Below are positions 30,892 through 40,856 of a stretch of 64,000 nucleotides of DNA, piece after piece. The notes below the pieces were generated by a model. It made no database searches. It saw nothing but the letters and a program-made list of their open reading frames with translations, and was not told the DNA's origin. The position numbers were made by a program, and so were the translations under genes. The DNA is from an uncultured beta proteobacterium (lineage in GTDB: Bacteria; Pseudomonadota; Gammaproteobacteria; Burkholderiales; Gallionellaceae). The DNA lies in contig OY968775.1 of assembly GCA_963695355.1 (NCBI GenBank), positions 71,983-135,982 of the forward strand, given 5' to 3'. Position 1 is the stretch's first letter, and every line of letters starts with the position of its first letter.

Positions 30892-32888
30892 GACGTTTTA
30901 CCCTCTACTGCCACATTCGCAGCGATACTTTCATCAACGAGTGTCTTCGCTTTTTTGCTATGAATTCGATAACGACGATCACTAATCGCAAGTGCCCCAC
31001 CTAAAGCCATAAATAAACAGCCTACCCAAATCCAATCAACAAATGGTTTGTAATAAACACGAACTGCCCACGCATTCGCGGTATTCGGGATAGGCTCACC
31101 CAAAGAAACGTACAAATCTTTGAAAAAGCCTGTGTCAATGGCAGCCTCTGTCATTGGCATACCTGATGCGTTATAGCGACGCTTCTGCGGGGACAATGTA
31201 GTAAACGGCTTGCCATCTTTAGTAATCGTGATGGTTCCTTCAGCAGCGGTAAAGTTAGGGCCTTTGAAGTCATGCACGCCATCAAAGCGGAAGGTGTAGC
31301 CACCCGCATCAACGGTGTCGCCAATATCCATACGCACATCACGTTCTGTTGCATAACCTTTCACCACGGTTACCCCAATGATGAAAATCGCTACGCCTAA
31401 ATGCGCCATCTGCATGCCGTAATAACTTGCACTTTGGCTGCGTATTTTTTGCATCAAAGTACCGCGACCTGCCCAACGTTGTTGCAAGCTAACAATCAAG
31501 GTAGTGATTACCCAAAAGGATAGCATCAGACCTATAGAGATCATTGGGGTCCAATGATTAAAAATCAACGGCACTAAAACACCTAGCAACACCGTTGCAG
31601 CAAATGCCCAACGCACGCGCTTAACCAGTTCTGAAATACTCGCTTGCTTCCATCTTGCCAATGCACCGAAGCCCATCAAAATGACTGCAAGTGCCATCAG
31701 CGGCACGAACACTGCTTCAAAGTATGGCGGGCCTACGGATAATTTGCCCATGCCCAACGCATCCATAAACAACGGATACAACGTGCCAATAAATACTGAA
31801 GCCGACGCAACGGACAACAGAACATTATTTGCCAACAGCATCGATTCACGCGACACCACTTCAAACTTGCCACCCAAACCCACTTTAGGAGCACGCCAAG
31901 CGAATAGCAACAATGATCCACCAATGACAACGGTCAGAAATCCCAAGATGAAAATACCGCGCTTAGGATCAGTGGCAAAAGCATGCACTGAAGTCAACAC
32001 ACCTGAACGAACCAGGAATGTCCCTAGCAAACTGAGTGAGAATGCAGCAATCGCTAACAATACCGTCCAGCTTTTGAACGCACCACGTTTTTCTGTTACG
32101 GCAAGCGAGTGAATTAGAGCAGTTCCTGCCAACCAGGGCATAAAGGAAGCATTTTCAACTGGATCCCAGAACCACCAACCTCCCCAACCCAGTTCATAAT
32201 ATGCCCACCAGCTACCTAACATCACACCTGTTGTCAAAAATGTCCAAGCAATCGTTGTCCAAGGACGCGACCAGCGTGCCCAAGTCGCATCGAGCTTACC
32301 GCCCAACAGTGCAGCGATAGCGAAAGCAAATGCAACCGAGAAACCAACATAACCCGTGTACAACATAGGTGGATGAATGACCAAACCGGGATCCTGCAAT
32401 AAGGGATTCAACTCATTACCGTCAGCTGCAGCGGGCAACAAGCGGGTAAATGGATCAGATGTAAATAACATGAACAACAAGAAGCCAACCGCAATCAGCC
32501 CCATCACACCCAATACGCGTGCCACCATTTCTTCTGGAAGATGTTTGCTAAAAGTTGCAACCGCTGCGGCCCAAATCGACAATATAGTTACCCACAAAAG
32601 CAATGAACCTTCGTGTCCGCCCCAAATCGCAGCGAAGCGATATTGCATCGGCAAGCCCGAATTTGAATGTGATGCAACGTATAGAACCGAGAAATCATTA
32701 TTCAAAAAACTATTAGCCAAAATCCCAAACGCCATGGCAACAAAGACGAACTGACCATAAGCCAAAGGCCTAGCAATTCCCATTAACACAGAGCTATTTC
32801 GTGCCGCGCCCAAGATTGGCAAAATACCTAAAGTTAATGCTATAAACAGCGCGATAATTAAACAAAAATGACCAAGTTCTGGAATCAT
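30888..32888 (-). CDS. ccmF: Heme lyase CcmF
   Basis: MIPELGH, WGGHEGSLLLW, IHPPMLY.GYVG, WAYYELGWGGWWFWDPVENAS. Confidence 0.98.
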   Translation of the reverse strand: MIPELGHFCLIIALFIALTLGILPILGAARNSSVLMGIARPLAYGQFVFVAMAFGILANSFLNNDFSVLYVASHSNSGLPMQYRFAAIWGGHEGSLLLWVTILSIWAAAVATFSKHLPEEMVARVLGVMGLIAVGFLLFMLFTSDPFTRLLPAAADGNELNPLLQDPGLVIHPPMLYTGYVGFSVAFAFAIAALLGGKLDATWARWSRPWTTIAWTFLTTGVMLGSWWAYYELGWGGWWFWDPVENASFMPWLAGTALIHSLAVTEKRGAFKSWTVLLAIAAFSLSLLGTFLVRSGVLTSVHAFATDPKRGIFILGFLTVVIGGSLLLFAWRAPKVGLGGKFEVVSRESMLLANNVLLSVASASVFIGTLYPLFMDALGMGKLSVGPPYFEAVFVPLMALAVILMGFGALARWKQASISELVKRVRWAFAATVLLGVLVPLIFNHWTPMISIGLMLSFWVITTLIVSLQQRWAGRGTLMQKIRSQSASYYGMQMAHLGVAIFIIGVTVVKGYATERDVRMDIGDTVDAGGYTFRFDGVHDFKGPNFTAAEGTITITKDGKPFTTLSPQKRRYNASGMPMTEAAIDTGFFKDLYVSLGEPIPNTANAWAVRVYYKPFVDWIWVGCLFMALGGALAISDRRYRIHSKKAKTLVDESIAANVAVEGKTS

Positions 32889-32906
32889 GTCAGGCCTCTA
32901 ATATAA

Positions 32907-33380
32907 TTATTTAACAACAGGAACAACAATTGGAGCACTTGCTGATACAGACTTCGCTGCTTGTGCTTTATTCATAGCATCCAAGGCTTCTGGTGGCATG
33001 TAATTCTCATCATGCTTTGCCAAAACCTCCTCAGCACGCATCAAACCGCCTTCTTCCATTGTACCTCTAGCAACAACACCCTTACCTTCTTTAAACAAGT
33101 CAGGCAGGATGCCGGTATAGACTACGGGTAAGCTCTTTACGGTATCAGTGATAACAAAATTAACCGTTAGACCACCCTTATCACGCTTGATACTACCCTC
33201 CTCTACCAAGCCACCAATACGAAAACTCTTGCCAACCGGTGCCTCTTTATTGAACACCTGGGTCGGGGTGAAGTATAAATTTACATTACCCCTCAGTGAA
33301 TACAGCACCAACCCAACCGCTAGCCCAACTCCAGTCAATGCCACCGCAATGAACATAAATCTTTTCTGACGAGGCTTCAT
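32907..33380 (-). CDS. ccmE: Heme chaperone CcmE
   Basis: LYFTP, RIGGLV..GS, LPDLFKEG.GVVA, VLAKHDENYMP. Confidence 0.97.
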   Translation of the reverse strand: MKPRQKRFMFIAVALTGVGLAVGLVLYSLRGNVNLYFTPTQVFNKEAPVGKSFRIGGLVEEGSIKRDKGGLTVNFVITDTVKSLPVVYTGILPDLFKEGKGVVARGTMEEGGLMRAEEVLAKHDENYMPPEALDAMNKAQAAKSVSASAPIVVPVVK

Positions 33381-33548
33381 TTATTCGTTTTCTCCACTGT
33401 TACGCATCATGCGAATTTTTTGCAAAGTCGCTTTTCTTGCGTTTTTCAGCATCCCTAGCTCAATAGCAAACACCAGCATAGCAACACCATACGAACCTAT
33501 CCATATATAGGTAAACGGGTTTGCTCTCATCCAAATATCGAGTGCCAT
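33381..33548 (-). CDS. ccmD: Heme exporter protein CcmD (55 aa, not in ORF track)
   Basis: MALDIWMRANPFTYIWIGSYGVAMLVFAIELGMLKNARKATLQKIRMMRNSGENE; between ccmC and ccmE, with a YIW.SYG-like TM and basic tail. Confidence 0.88.
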   Translation of the reverse strand: MALDIWMRANPFTYIWIGSYGVAMLVFAIELGMLKNARKATLQKIRMMRNSGENE

Positions 33549-34285
33549 TATTGTTTCACCTCTGGTAATTCACCTATCCAAGTGGTGTTGCGCTCACGCT
33601 CTAAAATAATAGTCCGCACTCGTGCAAATACCACCGCCATTGCATACAACCAACACGCCGCCATCATGGTAAACATCGCCTGCTGCATCGCAATATGCAT
33701 GGATGAACCCGTGAATTTTATCGTCGAGCCTTGATGCAAGGTATTCCACCATTTTACCGAAAAATAAATAATCGGCACGTTGACCGAACCCACAATCGCT
33801 AACAAGGCGGAGGCGCGGTCGGCACGGCGTGGATCATCAATTGAAGCGTGCAAGGCAATGAAACCCAAGTACAAAAATAACAAAATCAATTCTGATGTCA
33901 TACGCGCATCCCACAACCACCACACGCCCCACATCGGCTTACCCCACAACGCACCAGTCCATAACGAAATGAAGGCAAACAAGGCACCCGTTGGCGCAAT
34001 TGCACTCGCCATCATTGCCGATAAACGCGTATTGAATATCAGTCCCAGTGCCGCGTAACCCGCCATGATCATATAGAGAAACATGGACAAAATTGAAGCC
34101 GGAACATGAATAAAGATGATGCGGTAGAACTCGCCTTGCTGTGCATCAACTGGCGCAACCGCAAAGCCAATGTACAAACCAATTGCAAACAATATCGCCG
34201 AAGCAACTGCTAGCCAAGGAATAAGCTTGCCAGCCAAGCCATAAAAAGTAGCAGGTGCTGCATATTTGAACCAGTTAATTGCCAA
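33548..34285 (-). CDS. ccmC: Heme exporter CcmC
   Basis: IIFIHVP, LWGKPMWGVWWLWDARMTS WWD motif, WWNTLHQ; likely TTG start at 34285 with GGAG SD. Confidence 0.97.
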   Translation of the reverse strand: MAINWFKYAAPATFYGLAGKLIPWLAVASAILFAIGLYIGFAVAPVDAQQGEFYRIIFIHVPASILSMFLYMIMAGYAALGLIFNTRLSAMMASAIAPTGALFAFISLWTGALWGKPMWGVWWLWDARMTSELILLFLYLGFIALHASIDDPRRADRASALLAIVGSVNVPIIYFSVKWWNTLHQGSTIKFTGSSMHIAMQQAMFTMMAACWLYAMAVVFARVRTIILERERNTTWIGELPEVKQ

Positions 34286-34290
34286 GTTTA

Positions 34291-34974
34291 TTACTCCATA
34301 GAAATGCGTAATGCTTGCGCGGTCACCCAAGGGGTGAATACTAAAGCCATAACGAAAAATGCACCCAACAAAGATAAATGCGCCGTGATATTCAACCCGC
34401 TCGTCACCGCATCAACTGCACCTGTAGCAAAAATCAAAACTGGGATACATAAAGGCAATACTAACAACGACAACAGAACGCCTCCACCGCGCAAACCCAG
34501 CGTTAAAGCCGCTCCAATCGCTCCCACCATACTCAATATCGGCGTACCTAACAGCAGTCCAATAATCAATACAACGAGTGCCTCACCCGTCATGTCAAAT
34601 TGCAATCCCAATACTGGCGCCATTAAAACCAAGGGCAATCCTGAAACCACCCAATGCGCAGCCATTTTCCCCAGCACCAACATCGACAACGATTGCGGTG
34701 CTAGCATCATCTGCTCCAACGTGCCGTCCAAGTAATCCGCTGAGAATAATCGCCCCAATGACAACATCGATGACAACAGTGCTGCAACCCACAATACGCC
34801 GGGAGCCATTTTCCTGAGCATCGCCATTTCAGGCCCGACACCTAAGGGAAACAAGCTAACCACCATCACGAAAAAAATCAACGTGGTCAACACATCAGCC
34901 CTGCGGCGCATCGCCAAAATCAAATCTCGGCGCACCACCAGCATCAACAAGCCAAGCATCGTGGATTTTTTCAT
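34291..34974 (-). CDS. ccmB: Heme exporter permease CcmB
   Basis: RRDL..A.R, LFPLGVGP, LF..DY.DGTLEQ, LLVLPLCIPVLIF. Confidence 0.96.
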   Translation of the reverse strand: MKKSTMLGLLMLVVRRDLILAMRRRADVLTTLIFFVMVVSLFPLGVGPEMAMLRKMAPGVLWVAALLSSMLSLGRLFSADYLDGTLEQMMLAPQSLSMLVLGKMAAHWVVSGLPLVLMAPVLGLQFDMTGEALVVLIIGLLLGTPILSMVGAIGAALTLGLRGGGVLLSLLVLPLCIPVLIFATGAVDAVTSGLNITAHLSLLGAFFVMALVFTPWVTAQALRISME

Positions 34975-35585
34975 GATAGATTCAAATTCAGCACGTCTAT
35001 CCCATCAACAATCAACGGTTGATGCGTCGTAAAAATCACCATACCTTGTCGCGCCAAATGCTCTGCAATTAACTGCTGAATCAGAGCCACTGCTCCGACA
35101 TCCAGCGCAGCCAAAGGTTCATCCAGTATCCACAACTTCGCATCATTCACTAACATGCGTGCCAACGCCACACGACGACGCTGACCTTGCGATAAAACTT
35201 TGGTCGGCAACTTCTCACGACCTTTCAATCCCATGCGACGCAACGCATCCATAGCCTCTTTTTCATCCAGTGATACGCCAGACAGTCCCGCTGAAATCTG
35301 CAAATTTTCCAGACCACTCAACTCATCCTTGATAGCATTGAGATGTCCGAGATACATCATCTCGGCATAGTATTCTTCGTCCAATTCACGAATGTTTTCA
35401 CCACGCCAAACAATCTCACCCTCGTCTGGCATCAAAAAGCCGCACAACGAACGTAATAAACTGGTTTTACCGCTACCGTTCGCGCCTTGCACTTGCATAA
35501 TTTGCCCGGAATCCAGCATGAAGCTTAATTCGGAAAACAAGCGGTGATCGCCGCGACTACAGGCAAGTTTACGGACTTCCAGCAT
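34971..35585 (-). CDS. ccmA: Heme ABC exporter ATPase CcmA
   Basis: GANGSGKTSLLR, LSQGQRRRVALAR, WILDEP, FTTHQ. Confidence 0.96.
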   Translation of the reverse strand: MLEVRKLACSRGDHRLFSELSFMLDSGQIMQVQGANGSGKTSLLRSLCGFLMPDEGEIVWRGENIRELDEEYYAEMMYLGHLNAIKDELSGLENLQISAGLSGVSLDEKEAMDALRRMGLKGREKLPTKVLSQGQRRRVALARMLVNDAKLWILDEPLAALDVGAVALIQQLIAEHLARQGMVIFTTHQPLIVDGIDVLNLNLS

Positions 35586-35653
35586 GGGGGGACTAATCTG
35601 CGTTTTAAATATTTCTTAATTGTATCTGATTTTGTCGGGTACTGACAACGCAA

Positions 35654-36151
35654 CTAAATTACCACTGGCTTATCGGACAGCTCGTTCACTTTTTCACCCG
35701 AATTCGGATAATGCACCGTGAAGTGTTGGCTCACGCGTTGCACCCCTTCAACAATGCCTCGTTCAAACTCGCCTTGTCGAAATGACTTCTCCATATCATG
35801 GCAAATCGCCTCCCATGCTTGCTTACCCAACTTATTGTCCACGCCTCGATCAGCCACGATTTCCACATCACGATCAGCTAATAGCAGGTAAATCAGTACG
35901 CCATTATTCAGTTCCGTATCCCATATCCGTAGTTGTGAAAAGACTTCGACTGCGCGCTGCCTGGCGGTTTTATTTGTCCATAAGTCACGACTATCCAGCG
36001 AAGCTTCTACCACAAAGCAAATCTGCCCTGCATGATGTTGCTCGCCCTGCTTGATGGCTTGCTCAATGTTATCGAGTGCGCTGTTAGGCAAGCAGCGTTT
36101 AACTTCCAAACTGCCCAGCCAAAAATGTTTGAGGATGCGTTTAATTTTCAT
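35654..36151 (-). CDS. TPM domain protein (LemA operon)
   Basis: IEQAI..GE..H.GQI, RAVEVF..LRIWDTE.NNGVLIY, EIVADRG. Confidence 0.88.
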   Translation of the reverse strand: MKIKRILKHFWLGSLEVKRCLPNSALDNIEQAIKQGEQHHAGQICFVVEASLDSRDLWTNKTARQRAVEVFSQLRIWDTELNNGVLIYLLLADRDVEIVADRGVDNKLGKQAWEAICHDMEKSFRQGEFERGIVEGVQRVSQHFTVHYPNSGEKVNELSDKPVVI

Positions 36152-36153
36152 CT

Positions 36154-37152
36154 TTACCATCCACCCGATGCGCCGCCGCCGCCAAACCCGCCACCTCCAC
36201 CGCCGCCCCAACTACTTCCGCCACCGCTGCCACTTCCAGTGAAAATATCACCACCAAAGCCGCCTCGACCAGAACGGAAGCTACCCGCGTTGCGTGCTGT
36301 TCCGCTGAACAAGGATAAAATGAAAGCGATCACGCCAACGGCAACAGCACCGAGTACAGGCATTAGAATCCACCAAGCCACACCGCCTGCTATTCCGCCA
36401 ACCAAACTGGCAGCAGGCAAACGCCCGAGCATTGTGCGTAACACACCACCAACAACTACAACCAATACAAAGACAAGTACGATCATTGTTTCAAAATTAG
36501 GGGCTGCCTTATCCCCCCGCTGCGCAACAGACGGCGGCAATGGCTCGCCACCGACCACTTGCATTATGGACTGCAAGCCGGCTTCAATTCCCATCGCAAA
36601 GTTGCCTTGCTTAAATGGTGGCGTAATTACTTCAGCGATGATGCGCTTTGCCGTCGCATCATTGAGCGCGCCCTCCAGCCCATAGCCCACTTCAATGCGC
36701 ATCTTGCGATCATCTTTGGCAATGATGAGCAACGCGCCATCATCAACTTTTTTGCGCCCCAGTTTCCATTTTTCTACTACACGCAAGCTATATTGTTCAA
36801 TGGTTTCAGGCTGGGTAGTGGGCAGCATCAACACGACTAGCTGCGAACCTTTAGTTTTTTCAAACTCAGCTAACTGGGTATCGAGAGATTGAACTTGGCT
36901 ACTCTCTAACGTGTTGGTTAAATCTGTTACATGCGCGGTCAACGGCGGAACAACCACCTCCGCAAACGCAGATTGAAGAAAAAGTAGCGCGAAAAATAAT
37001 CCTCGCGCTAAGTGGTAGAGCCTTGCAAAACAAATGCTGCATGTAACTGTATAGCGTTCTCCCCCACCCTCAGTCCCTCCCCCGATGGGAGAGGGAAGGC
37101 AAGCCCTTCTCCCATCGGGGGAAGGGTGGGGATGGGGGAACAAAACTTTCAC
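36154..37152 (-). CDS. TPM domain protein (YgcG family) with Gly-rich C-terminal tail; N-terminus includes a REP palindrome
   Basis: VTDLTNTL, WKLGRKKVDDGALL, RIEVGYGLEG, GGFGGGGASGGW. The only in-frame canonical starts ahead of the signal peptide lie upstream of the REP. Confidence 0.88.
   Translation of the reverse strand: MKVLFPHPHPSPDGRRACLPSPIGGGTEGGGERYTVTCSICFARLYHLARGLFFALLFLQSAFAEVVVPPLTAHVTDLTNTLESSQVQSLDTQLAEFEKTKGSQLVVLMLPTTQPETIEQYSLRVVEKWKLGRKKVDDGALLIIAKDDRKMRIEVGYGLEGALNDATAKRIIAEVITPPFKQGNFAMGIEAGLQSIMQVVGGEPLPPSVAQRGDKAAPNFETMIVLVFVLVVVVGGVLRTMLGRLPAASLVGGIAGGVAWWILMPVLGAVAVGVIAFILSLFSGTARNAGSFRSGRGGFGGDIFTGSGSGGGSSWGGGGGGGFGGGGASGGW
37056..37141. repeat. REP-like palindromic element (CCCTCCCCCGATGGGAGAGGG class)
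   Basis: Two inverted copies ccct(t)cccccgatgggaga(g/a)ggg with outer gttc..cccca / tgggggaac arms. Confidence 0.85.
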
Positions 37153-37184
37153 CGAGTTATAAAAAATTCAAATAAACACTACGC

Positions 37185-37796
37185 TTATTTTGCAGTGCTT
37201 GGCGCAGCAGGCTTCGCGCCAAAATCAACCGTAGGGGCATGGGAAATTTCTTTTTCATTTTCCACAGTTAATGAAGGCTTAACTTTGTAGCCGAATATCA
37301 TTGCGGTGATGTTGGCAGGGAATGAACGCACCGCCACGTTGTATTCTTTCACCGAGGCGATGTAACGATTACGCGCCACAGTTACGCGATTTTCCGTGCC
37401 TTCCAATTGCGCCTGTAAATCACGGAAGCTGGCATCCGCTTTGAGCTGCGGATAATTTTCCGCCACCACCATTAAGCGGCTCAACGCAGAAGTAAGCTGA
37501 CCTTGCGCCGCTTGGAACTTGGCAAACGCCGCCTCGTCGTTGAGCAACTCCGGTGTCACTTGCATACTGCCCACCTTGGCGCGCGCCTCGGTTACACCCA
37601 GCAGCACATCTTTTTCATGCTCGGCATAACCCTTCACCACATTAACCAAATTCGGAATCAAATCCGCGCGACGTTGGTATTGATTCAACACCTCCGCCCA
37701 ACTCGCTTTAATCTCCTCGTCGGCAGACTGAAAAGTGTTATAGCCACAGCCCGGCAAACTCACGACTAGCATCAACATCACGAAAATATTACGCAT
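37185..37796 (-). CDS. lemA: LemA family lipoprotein
   Basis: LPGCGYN, WAEVLNQYQRRADLIPNLV, ENYPQLKA, QLEGTENR.TVARNRY. Confidence 0.95.
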   Translation of the reverse strand: MRNIFVMLMLVVSLPGCGYNTFQSADEEIKASWAEVLNQYQRRADLIPNLVNVVKGYAEHEKDVLLGVTEARAKVGSMQVTPELLNDEAAFAKFQAAQGQLTSALSRLMVVAENYPQLKADASFRDLQAQLEGTENRVTVARNRYIASVKEYNVAVRSFPANITAMIFGYKVKPSLTVENEKEISHAPTVDFGAKPAAPSTAK

Positions 37797-37914
37797 TATT
37801 TTCTCCTCAAAATATTCAACACAAACTACTAGCTGACACAGCTTACGACCAAAGACTGCTCTTCATTGAAATCTACACCGCACTCCTAGCTAAATCAGTA
37901 CTGAAATAGACCAT

Positions 37915-38628
37915 TTAGTTTGCAAGATTTTTTAGGATTCGCCAAGGAACAGACTTGCTGGGGTTAATCTCCTCATGCTCTTCAGAAGTAACATAAGTAT
38001 CTTGAAATATTTTCCAGCCGTCATTTGTGGGAACAAAAATCCAGAAACCCTTCTCCGCATCAATGGCGACAGGAGTTCCATAGGTAGGCATTTCAGAGGT
38101 ATCAAGTACGAGATTGGCTTTACGTCGCTTTGCATCAATTAAGATGGAGTTAGATTTGAAACACCAATGTTCATTATTGTTACTAACATAACAATTGTCT
38201 CCAAATACTCTTTCAAAATAAACAGCACTGTCAGATTTAGCTGCACCTACATGAATGAAGGAACCTACCCATTCTGATGACGAATCGTATGGTTTTTTTG
38301 CCCATAACTCTCTATTCCGAAAGTGAACGCAAGCGTTCTCCGCCGCTTCGTGCCAACCATCAATCAGTAAGACTTCTCCATTTACTGAAATTTCAATTGC
38401 GCTAGTTGCATACTCGTTAAACTTTGTCATAGCTTCTGACCAATTTTTCACTTTTGGTAAGTTTTCCCAAAATGCTTTTCTTGCATAATGTCCCGCATGT
38501 AATTTAAGGCTGTCACGCGATTCACACTCTGCCCTAACTTGGCTCGAAATGTTTTCTGGTGTGGCAAGCACATCAGACAAGGTTGCAAATACTGCCATTA
38601 GAGCAACAATAAAAATCCCCATCCTCAT
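37915..38628 (-). CDS. Hypothetical exported protein, AT-rich
   Basis: 237-aa ORF, GGAGG SD, signal-peptide-like N-terminus, no family recognised. Confidence 0.75.
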   Translation of the reverse strand: MRMGIFIVALMAVFATLSDVLATPENISSQVRAECESRDSLKLHAGHYARKAFWENLPKVKNWSEAMTKFNEYATSAIEISVNGEVLLIDGWHEAAENACVHFRNRELWAKKPYDSSSEWVGSFIHVGAAKSDSAVYFERVFGDNCYVSNNNEHWCFKSNSILIDAKRRKANLVLDTSEMPTYGTPVAIDAEKGFWIFVPTNDGWKIFQDTYVTSEEHEEINPSKSVPWRILKNLAN

Positions 38629-38640
38629 ATCGCCTCCTAA

Positions 38641-39855
38641 CTAAACTGCCTGACCCGCCGCAAACCCTGAAGCCCAGGCCCACTGGAAGTTATAGCCGCC
38701 TAACCAGCCTGTAACATCCACCACTTCGCCAATAAAATACAGCCCAGGCACGTCGTTGCATTCCATGGTTTTGGACGACAGCGCACGAGTGTCGATGCCA
38801 CCGCAAGTGACTTCGGCTTTGGCGTAACCCATTGTGCCGGACGGGGTGACTTGCCAATCATGCAACGCCGCAGCGATTTGTTTGCGCTGCTTGTCGTTGT
38901 ATTGATTGAGCGGTTTGTTCTCAATCTTGGCGATTTCGGTCAGTTGTGCGCACCACACATCGGCAAAGCTTTTGGCGAACCACGTGGCGAGAAAATTACT
39001 CAGCAGTTTTTTACTGGTTTTATTTTCGGTCAACACAGCTTCCATATCTGCATCCGGCAGCATGTTGATGTGCAGTGGTGTACCGTGTTGCCAATAGGAC
39101 GAGGCTTGCAGGATGGCCGGGCCGCTCAAGCCGCGATGGGTAACCAGCACGTTTTCGCGGAATGCTTGTTTGCCCGCAGTGACGATGGCATCGAAGGACA
39201 CTCCCGTTAACTCTGAGTATGGCTTCCAATCATCTGGAGCAAACGTCAATGGAACTAAACCCGCTTTGAGCTTGGTGATGGGAATACCGAACTGTTCTGC
39301 AACATGGTAACCATAAGGGGTCGCGCCTGTTTTTGGGATGGACAAACCGCCCGTGGCGATAACCAAAGACACAGCCTCAAATTCGCCGCGCGAGGTGGTG
39401 ACGTAAAACTTGGCCTTCTTGCCCAAGCCTTGCTCTTCGGCATAAGGCGTGTGTTTGATTTCCTCGACTTCGCAGCTCATAAAACGCTTCACCCCTGCCG
39501 CCTCGCATTCGCTGCGCAGCATGGTAATCACCGCTTCCGATTCTTCATCACAGAACAATTGCCCCAAGGTTTTTTCGTGAAAGCCAATGTTGTGTTTTCG
39601 TAGTAGCGCGATGAAGTCATTCGGCGTGTAGCGTGCCAATGCCGAGCGACAAAAATTCGGATTCTCGGAAATAAAATTTTCCGACTTGGTATTAATGTTG
39701 GTGAAGTTGCACCGCCCCCCACCCGAGATACGAATTTTCTCCGCGAGCTTTCTTGAGTGATCGAGCAGTACCACTGAACGGCCGCGCTGTCCGGCTTGCA
39801 AGGCACACATCATGCCTGCTGCGCCCGAGCCGATTATGATTACATCTGTTTTCAT
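38641..39855 (-). CDS. NAD(P)/FAD-dependent oxidoreductase, HI0933/YhiN family
   Basis: IIIGSGAAG, KIRISGGGRCNFTN, IATGGLS.PKTGA, THRGLSGPA, GGYNFQWAWASG. Confidence 0.93.
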   Translation of the reverse strand: MKTDVIIIGSGAAGMMCALQAGQRGRSVVLLDHSRKLAEKIRISGGGRCNFTNINTKSENFISENPNFCRSALARYTPNDFIALLRKHNIGFHEKTLGQLFCDEESEAVITMLRSECEAAGVKRFMSCEVEEIKHTPYAEEQGLGKKAKFYVTTSRGEFEAVSLVIATGGLSIPKTGATPYGYHVAEQFGIPITKLKAGLVPLTFAPDDWKPYSELTGVSFDAIVTAGKQAFRENVLVTHRGLSGPAILQASSYWQHGTPLHINMLPDADMEAVLTENKTSKKLLSNFLATWFAKSFADVWCAQLTEIAKIENKPLNQYNDKQRKQIAAALHDWQVTPSGTMGYAKAEVTCGGIDTRALSSKTMECNDVPGLYFIGEVVDVTGWLGGYNFQWAWASGFAAGQAV

Positions 39856-40856
39856 CTTAATAATTCCATCGTAACTTGATTTTGACATTCGCCTGTTTTT
39901 TCAAACAAACTGATATTTTGTAACGTGGTTTGCGCAATGCTGGACAACGCTTCATGGGTAAAAAATCCCTGGTGTCCCGTAATCAACACATTGGGGAATG
40001 TCAGCAGACGCTCGAACATATCGTCTTGAATCACCTGATTGGATAAATCCTGAAAGAACAGATCGCCTTCCTGCTCATACACATCCAAACCCAGATAGCC
40101 AATCTTGCACGACTTCAAGCCCGCAATCACCGCTGGTGTGTCTATCACGCCGCCACGACTGGTGTTGATGAGCATCACACCACGCTTCATTTGCGCCACT
40201 GCCGCCGCGTTGATCAGATGTAACGATTGTTTGTTAAGCGGGCTATGCAGGGTAATGATGTCGCTGGCTGCGTAGAGCTGCTGCAATGATACATACTCCA
40301 CTCCTAAGCTAACGCATTCGGCATTAGGTTGCGGATCATATGCGATTAGCTTACAACCGAAGCCATGCAGAATTCCGGCCACGGCAGTGCCTATCCTTCC
40401 CGTACCGATGATGCCTACGGTCTTGCCGCGCAATTCGAAGCCCAGCAGCCCTTCCAGCGCGAAATTACCATCACGCACTCGATTGTAAGCACGGGGAATC
40501 TTGCGATTCAGTGCCATCATCAAAGCCACGCTATGTTCTGCAACTGAATGCGGCGAGTAGGCGGGTACACGCACAATTCTCAAACCCAAGTCACTCGCGG
40601 CTTGCACATCCACATTATTGAAACCCGCACAGCGCAGAGCGATCAATCGCGTGCCTTGTTCGGCGAGGTTAGTCAACACCGCTGCGTTCAAAGTATCATT
40701 GACGAATACGCATACAGTAGGGAAACCCGCCACCATTCGCCACGTTTCTTCGTTCAAATGCGCATCGAAAAAGATCAATTCGTAGGCAAATTCTCGATTG
40801 GCTTCCGAGAGGAAATTTCGGTCGTAAGATTGCGTGCTGCAAACGGCGATCTTCAT
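39852..40856 (-). CDS. ldhA: D-lactate dehydrogenase (2-hydroxyacid dehydrogenase)
   Basis: FVND, LRCAGFNNVD, VPAYSP..VAEH, GIIGTGRIG, INTSRG, LDVYEQE, LITGHQGFFT. Confidence 0.92.
   Translation of the reverse strand: MKIAVCSTQSYDRNFLSEANREFAYELIFFDAHLNEETWRMVAGFPTVCVFVNDTLNAAVLTNLAEQGTRLIALRCAGFNNVDVQAASDLGLRIVRVPAYSPHSVAEHSVALMMALNRKIPRAYNRVRDGNFALEGLLGFELRGKTVGIIGTGRIGTAVAGILHGFGCKLIAYDPQPNAECVSLGVEYVSLQQLYAASDIITLHSPLNKQSLHLINAAAVAQMKRGVMLINTSRGGVIDTPAVIAGLKSCKIGYLGLDVYEQEGDLFFQDLSNQVIQDDMFERLLTFPNVLITGHQGFFTHEALSSIAQTTLQNISLFEKTGECQNQVTMELLR

Noticed and set aside
36032-36685. Proline-rich 217-aa plus-strand ORF
   Set aside because: Mirror image of the Gly-rich tail of the TPM gene.
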